This document shows positions 58,964 to 64,000 of a stretch of DNA of 64,000 nt, piece after piece. Numbering within the stretch: the first letter of the stretch is position 1; every line of letters starts with the position of its first letter. Where the stretch lies: the NCBI GenBank assembly GCA_964504715.1, contig CAZDEP010000004.1, positions 8,542-72,541 of the forward strand. Reading direction: 5' to 3'. Origin of the DNA: an uncultured Candidatus Saccharibacteria bacterium (GTDB taxonomy: Bacteria; Patescibacteriota; Doudnabacteria; UBA920). The position numbers and the translations under genes are program-made. Below the pieces are notes generated by a model. The model was not told the origin of the DNA and did no database searches. It was given only the letters and a program-made list of their open reading frames with translations.

Positions 58964-59032
58964 AATGTAAATTTTACTCCTATAACCTCCTGCCTACAAA
59001 CTACCAGCCACTCGCTACCGGCTACCCTTCCT

Positions 59033-60403
59033 CTATCTTCCTATCTTTCGGGTCAAATGCAGCTTTATGGGCGTGCCGTAAAAATCCAAATCCCTAATTA
59101 TGGAATTTTCCAAATAATGTTTAAAGTGGTGGGCAATGGCCGCGGGGAAGTTGACCAGCAAATCAAAAGTCGGAGGGTTGACGTTTATTTGCTTTAAGGA
59201 AAAGACCTTGGGGTTTTTTTGGTCCCACAGGCGTTTGGGCGGGCTGTGTTTCATTTTTTTACTCAAAAATTCCGACAGGGTTTGGTCGTCGATTTTTTTA
59301 TTGCGCCTGTCATAAATGGGTTTTATGGCTTTTAAGGCTTCATCCAAGCCCTCGCCGGTTACCGCGCTGACAAAAAATACCGGGCACATCCACAAAAAAG
59401 GGAAGTGGTGGCTTATGTAGTCTTGCAATTTTTGTTGGTCGCCTTCGTAAATATCGTTTTTATTGGCAACTATTATGCAGCCTTTCTGCATTTTAAGAAT
59501 TTCCTGCGCAATGCGCTGGTCCTGGAAAGTTATGGGCTCGGTGGCATCTATGGCTAAAAAGCACACGTCGCTCCGGCGGATTGATTTAAAAGTCTGAAAA
59601 CCGCTAAAAATATCCGGCTTCGCCTGGCGGTGTTCTTTTTTCTTCAGGCCCGCGGTGTCAATAAATGTGTAATTCTCGCCCTCTATTATTATATTTTCGT
59701 CAATCGACGTTCGAGTCGTGCCCGGCACAGCCGAAACCACCGCCCGTTCGTTGTCCAAAATTTTGTTAAAAAGGCTGGATTTGCCGACATTGGGCTTGCC
59801 TACAATGGAAACCGCAATAGGGCTAAGGGCTAAGGGTTTAGCGCTTAGGTCCAGAGGGGTATCCTCTTTAAAAGAGGATACCCCTCTGCCGGTGGATTCT
59901 GATAGCGCGGAAGCTATATGTTCCAGCATATCACCAATGCCGCGGCCGGTAATGGCCGACACGGGAAAGAGGGGCTTGATGCCGAGTTTTTGGAAAGCCA
60001 AAATTTTCTCTTCGCGCTTTTGCGGGGAGTCGGATTTGTTCACCGCCAAAATTTTCGGCTTTTTTATTTTACGGAATTTCTTTAAAACCGTTTGGGCTAA
60101 AGCCGAAGGGGGCTGCTTGCCGTCCACCACCATAACAATTATGTCGGCTTCTTTCAGCGCAACTTCAATTTGCTTTTGCACGTTTTCTTCGAGTTCTCCC
60201 TTGGCGGTCAAGTCCAGGCCCGCGGTGTCAACCAAAATAAAATCCACGCCCTCAAACGAGGTGTGCAAATATTGGCGGTCGCGGGTGGTGCCGGCCACCT
60301 CCGACGTCACGGCGGCCTGCGCTCTGGCTATTTTGTTTAATAGCGTAGATTTCCCGGCATTGGGGGGACCGACCAAAGCAACAATAGGAAGATTTTTTTC
60401 CAT
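59033..60403 (-). CDS. der: ribosome-associated GTPase Der (EngA), tandem GTPase domains + KH-like
   Basis: Two G1 motifs GPPNAGKST and GKPNVGKSS. Confidence 0.9.
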   Translation of the reverse strand: MEKNLPIVALVGPPNAGKSTLLNKIARAQAAVTSEVAGTTRDRQYLHTSFEGVDFILVDTAGLDLTAKGELEENVQKQIEVALKEADIIVMVVDGKQPPSALAQTVLKKFRKIKKPKILAVNKSDSPQKREEKILAFQKLGIKPLFPVSAITGRGIGDMLEHIASALSESTGRGVSSFKEDTPLDLSAKPLALSPIAVSIVGKPNVGKSSLFNKILDNERAVVSAVPGTTRTSIDENIIIEGENYTFIDTAGLKKKEHRQAKPDIFSGFQTFKSIRRSDVCFLAIDATEPITFQDQRIAQEILKMQKGCIIVANKNDIYEGDQQKLQDYISHHFPFLWMCPVFFVSAVTGEGLDEALKAIKPIYDRRNKKIDDQTLSEFLSKKMKHSPPKRLWDQKNPKVFSLKQINVNPPTFDLLVNFPAAIAHHFKHYLENSIIRDLDFYGTPIKLHLTRKIGR

Positions 60404-60462
60404 AGTCTTATATAGAAGTTAAGGCTTGTTCAAAAGCATGACCGGCTAAATTTCTAATTATT

Positions 60463-61938
60463 CTAATTACTCTTTCCAAGTATTACTATAACATCTACGC
60501 GGCTGGAGTCTACTTTTACCCCCGGGGGAGGCAAGGTAACTTCTTTGGCGCCAAAGACATTTTTTATATATTCGGCCGTCGCCGGTTTGGGGTTCGCCTG
60601 GTAAAAAATTGTCTGCGGGAATTGGTCTTTGGAAAATTCCAGAGGCCAGACTGTCAGCCCGCCTTCGGTAAGCAGGCCCTCGGCCCGTTTGTAGGCCGCC
60701 TCGTCGCTTATGGAGCTTGCGAGCCAGACTACGCTTTTTTCATCGTTCAGTTTACCGAGTATAAATGCGTTTTTAAAGTAGTTGTGTATGTCTGCCGAAG
60801 TCTTGCCTGAGCAGGGGATAAGAATGTAACCGGCGGTTTCGTGGGAAGTGGCGCATAAGAGGCCGGTTTCGGGGTCTAAGCTCAAGGACAGGAAAGTCTG
60901 GATGTTATGTTCCCTGGCCATGTCGTAGAGGTGAAATATTTCTCCCGGGCTAATGTTGGTATGGAAGTTGTCGGCAAAAATCCCAAGCAGATTGTTGATT
61001 TTGCCGCTGTCGCCGAGCAAATTTAAATCCAGGATTTTGTCTTTTAAGGCCTTAATGACTTTTTGCTGCCTTAGCGAACGCGCAAAGTCCGAACCTTCGG
61101 GTCCCGCCGCATGCCTGGAGCGCGCGTATTTGAGAGCGGTGTTGCCGTCCATAAAAGTTTTACCGGCATCAAAATGCAAATGTTCATAGCGGTCGGCCTC
61201 CACAGGCGCATTTTCTTTGCCTTCAATGGGGAAAGTAAAGTCGTCAAAGGAGCGCTCCACGTTTATTTCCACGCCGCCGACTTCGTCCACCGCTTTTTCA
61301 AAGCCGTGGAAGTCTATGACCGCAAAATAAGGGATGGTTTGGCCGGCAAGCCTTTCTACGGCTTGTCTGGCCCAGCGGCCGGCCTCGTTCCAGTCTTTGG
61401 TGCGGGTGTAGCCTTCGGAAAATATCGAATTGATTTTCCTTTCTCCCAAATTGTTAGGCAGCTGGGCGAGCGTGTCTCGGGGAATTGAAACAAAAGCCAC
61501 CTCCGAAGTTTTGGGGCGGATTTGGGCCAGTATCATCGTGTCCGTCAAATAGGGGCCCTCGTGCCCGGGGCCGCCAATGCCTAAAAGCAGTACATTAATC
61601 TGCCCCTGGTTTTCGCCCGTGAGCGATACGTTCCCGCTTATGCCGCGCAGCGTTTCCCAAACGCGGCCAAAAAAACTTGTGGTTTGTCCGGCAAAGATTT
61701 TTTGGCTTAAGTCGGCCGCCCGGTTTATGGCCAGGCCTCCCATAATTACTAAAATGCCTAAAAGCAAAAAAACTACATATTTAAAATACGGGCGGCGTTT
61801 TGGTCCGTTCGTGCCTGAAAGCAAACTTACATGAGTATCTTTGGGCGGATAAGGCTGGCTGTAGACTTTGGGCGGCTGGAAAGGGGAATTTCTTTGGCCC
61901 GCTGAGTCCAAAGGTTTTTTTACGGGGGGTAAAGTCAT
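60463..61938 (-). CDS. LytR-CpsA-Psr (LCP) family cell-envelope phosphotransferase
   Basis: N-terminal TM, NVLLLGIGGPG...LTDTMIL LCP core. Confidence 0.7.
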   Translation of the reverse strand: MTLPPVKKPLDSAGQRNSPFQPPKVYSQPYPPKDTHVSLLSGTNGPKRRPYFKYVVFLLLGILVIMGGLAINRAADLSQKIFAGQTTSFFGRVWETLRGISGNVSLTGENQGQINVLLLGIGGPGHEGPYLTDTMILAQIRPKTSEVAFVSIPRDTLAQLPNNLGERKINSIFSEGYTRTKDWNEAGRWARQAVERLAGQTIPYFAVIDFHGFEKAVDEVGGVEINVERSFDDFTFPIEGKENAPVEADRYEHLHFDAGKTFMDGNTALKYARSRHAAGPEGSDFARSLRQQKVIKALKDKILDLNLLGDSGKINNLLGIFADNFHTNISPGEIFHLYDMAREHNIQTFLSLSLDPETGLLCATSHETAGYILIPCSGKTSADIHNYFKNAFILGKLNDEKSVVWLASSISDEAAYKRAEGLLTEGGLTVWPLEFSKDQFPQTIFYQANPKPATAEYIKNVFGAKEVTLPPPGVKVDSSRVDVIVILGKSN

Positions 61939-62037
61939 AATAGTACTAGGGTATTATATCTAAATAGGCTGTGTTGCGCCATGGCCTTAAGAATGGTATT
62001 ATTTAGCAGACTTTACTTATCATTCTGTATACTTGAT

Positions 62038-62112
62038 GGGCGGTTAGCTCAGCGGTAGAGCGCTGCATTCACATTGCAGATGCCACAGGTTCAAATCCTG
62101 TACCGCCCACCA
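62038..62112 (+). tRNA. tRNA-Val (anticodon CAC), CCA encoded
   Basis: Cloverleaf: acceptor GGGCGGT/ACCGCCC, D-arm GCTC-AGCGGTA-GAGC, anticodon stem CTGCA/TGCAG with loop TTCACAT, T-arm ACAGG-TTCAAAT-CCTGT. Confidence 0.8.
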
Positions 62113-62332
62113 CGCGATATTCTCCTTAACTATAACTCCTGCGGCATTGGCCGCTTTTTTCATTAACTTCCCACTTAGTTGGTCTTTGGTAGTCAGCTCA
62201 TTTATAAGCTAACTACATAAAACTCTCCCATCTTTTCTTATATAGCAGGAGGCGGCCCGGTTTTTTTGCCGTTTAGGGCTTGACGAAATCGTTTTTAAAG
62301 GTAGAATATAGGCACACGATTAAAAAACTCAC

Positions 62333-62932
62333 ATGGAAACACACAACCAAGACAAAAATTACAGCGCTAAGTCCGAATCCAGCTCAGTTGGAGCCTTTAT
62401 TTGGGACCTGGTAAAAATTGTCGCCATTTCCATGGCCATAATTATCCCGTTTAGGCTGCTTGTGGCCGAGCCTTTTGTAGTCAGCGGCTCTTCCATGGTG
62501 CCAAATTTTCATAATAGCGACTATTTAATAGTTGACCGGGTTTCCTACCACCGCGCGGAGCCGAAAAGAGGGGATGTAATAGTTATGAAATACCCCAAAA
62601 ACACCGCCGAATATTTCATTAAGAGGATTGTGGGCCTGCCGGGGGAGACAGTTATGCTCCAAAACGGCAAAGTTGTCATAGTCAATAAAGACCATCCCCA
62701 GGGCATGGTAATAGACGAGCCTTATTTGCCCACCGGCACCCCGACTTTGGGCAGGCCGGGCCCTTATTCTTTGGGCAGCGGAGAATATTTTGTGCTGGGA
62801 GACAACCGCACCGCCTCCTCTGACTCAAGAGTCTGGGGCATATTGCCTGAAAATGACATTGTCGGCCGCGCCTGGCTCAGAATTTTCCCCGTTAAAGATT
62901 TTGGTTTCATTAAAACACCGACTTATAATTGA
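62333..62932 (+). CDS. lepB: signal peptidase I
   Basis: SGSSMVP (Ser box), KRIVGLPGE (Lys box), GDNRTASSDSR. Confidence 0.85.
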   Translation: METHNQDKNYSAKSESSSVGAFIWDLVKIVAISMAIIIPFRLLVAEPFVVSGSSMVPNFHNSDYLIVDRVSYHRAEPKRGDVIVMKYPKNTAEYFIKRIVGLPGETVMLQNGKVVIVNKDHPQGMVIDEPYLPTGTPTLGRPGPYSLGSGEYFVLGDNRTASSDSRVWGILPENDIVGRAWLRIFPVKDFGFIKTPTYN

Positions 62933-63014
62933 CAAAATTTAAAAAAATAATAAAATTGACAAAATTAGTGCAGTTAATTTTGTTCAATTATGTTTAATCT
63001 TGTTCAGTAAATTT

Positions 63015-64000
63015 ATGGGTCGACCTAAAAAAAACTCAACCTCGTCCTTACCTGCGGCCATCTTAAAAAAAGCGGCTGTGCTGCCGGAATTTTTTGACGT
63101 GAATACCAACACCGACACTTACTGGGAAGCAATGCTTAAGCGGTTTTCCAAGACCGCCAGGATCTATGGTTTTTCGCGGGTGGAGACGCCCCTCTTGGAA
63201 GATGTACGGCTGTTTGAGGCCTTTTATGAAGCCAAGATTGCAAATTCGCTCGTGAAATTACCCGCCGAAGGGCTGACGCCGTCGTTAAGGCCTTCGCAGC
63301 TCCCCGGCATTTTAAGGAATTTCGTGCAAAATAAGCTTTTTGAAGTGCCTGCGGTTTATAAGTGGCACTATAGCGGCTACACGGTAAAAAAAGACCCGCG
63401 GGGCGAGATGGTTTCCGATTACGAATTCGGCTGCGAAATTTTGGGAGCCTTTAACCACCTTTCGGAAGCCCACTGTATATCCGCCGCGTGGGAGTTCTTA
63501 AATTCCTTGGGCCTCGAAGACATGACTTTGGAAATTAACAACCTGGGCAGCGGGGAAACCCAGGTCGCCTATGTCCGGACTTTGGCCGAGGCGCTTATGC
63601 CCAAAAGGTACGAACTGTGCGACGAGTGCAATGAGTATTTGCACGAACGCCCGTTGAATGTTTTCCGTTGCAATAATCTGGACTGCCAGGCCGTAGTGGC
63701 GGAAGCACCGACAATTTTAGATTTTTTGGACCAGGAATCCCACAAAGATTTTACCAATGTCCTTGAGGCTTTGGACGAAATGTCCATTGCCTATCAGTTG
63801 AATCCTTTTTATGCCGGGCGGGAGTCGCAGGAAAAAATTAATTTTGCCATAAAAGCCAAATATAAAGGCCAATTGGTGAGCCTTGCCGAGGGCGGCCACC
63901 ACAGCGCGGCCCTGCAATCCCTGGGAGGCAAGCTTGCGCGCGGCTTTGGCTTTTCCGGCAGCCTGGCTTTTGTCAAAGAAGTTATGCAAGAGGCGAACAT
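63015..64000 (+). CDS. class II aminoacyl-tRNA-synthetase-like protein (HisS/HisZ-like), 3'-truncated by the window edge
   Basis: Open frame to the window end; weak resemblance to the HisRS catalytic core; internal CxxC...CxxC; not in the ORF track because no stop is present. Confidence 0.35.
   Translation, partial: MGRPKKNSTSSLPAAILKKAAVLPEFFDVNTNTDTYWEAMLKRFSKTARIYGFSRVETPLLEDVRLFEAFYEAKIANSLVKLPAEGLTPSLRPSQLPGILRNFVQNKLFEVPAVYKWHYSGYTVKKDPRGEMVSDYEFGCEILGAFNHLSEAHCISAAWEFLNSLGLEDMTLEINNLGSGETQVAYVRTLAEALMPKRYELCDECNEYLHERPLNVFRCNNLDCQAVVAEAPTILDFLDQESHKDFTNVLEALDEMSIAYQLNPFYAGRESQEKINFAIKAKYKGQLVSLAEGGHHSAALQSLGGKLARGFGFSGSLAFVKEVMQEAN

Noticed and set aside
59630-60422. Plus-strand ORFs overlapping der
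   Set aside because: Antisense to a high-confidence GTPase gene; no motifs.
63569-64000. Three minus-strand ORFs (72, 90 and 63 aa) at the window end
   Set aside because: Antisense to the long open + strand aaRS-like frame; no start context.

Overview
This window looks like a moderately AT-rich, small-genome bacterium; the lipobox-plus-Gln-rich lipoproteins, type IV pilin, DprA and reduced housekeeping set suggest Candidate Phyla Radiation / Patescibacteria, but that is inference only. Roughly 1-25.1 kb is the replication, packaging, head, tail and lysis region of a siphovirus-like prophage: a RecA-like ATPase, a SWIM protein, two DNA methyltransferases, terminase, a portal fused to a Mu F-like domain, HK97-type protease and capsid, G/GT tail chaperones with an A AAA AAA -1 slippery site, tape measure, and two paralogous tail fibers flanking a lysis cassette. 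Three near-identical modules (extended -10 promoter, conserved leader, hairpin plus U-tract) precede the portal, protease and tail genes and suggest antitermination control. From 25.1 to 33.9 kb there is a tightly packed + strand defence island: a Schlafen-like AlbA_2/HATPase protein, an MmeI-family Type IIL restriction-modification enzyme, and then a 191-aa and a 992-aa protein of unknown function translationally coupled to it, followed by an SRAP/YedK peptidase. I consider the two unknown coupled proteins the best candidate for an undescribed system. From 34.4 to 44.2 kb come an Ig/TIG-repeat surface protein, three paralogous lipoproteins, a GC-rich foreign two-gene cassette, two tandem antibiotic-type nucleotidyltransferase homologs (ANT(6)-like and Lnu(A)-like), a DUF1508 protein, a tyrosine integrase and a tRNA 3' fragment that is a likely att site. 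The remainder is chromosome: type IV pilin, an AbrB-like regulator with a palindromic operator, a MacAB-like efflux set, NDH-2, topA, a capA-family gene with an in-frame GC-rich palindromic insert, dprA, pth, der, an LCP protein, tRNA-Val(CAC), lepB and a partial aaRS-like gene. Other oddities are a ~77-nt element repeated upstream of the ABC ATPase and topA, GGGCTAA heptamer runs inside topA and der, and an orphan consensus sigma70 promoter plus terminator that delimits a candidate ~200-nt sRNA. No CRISPR array and no transposase were seen.
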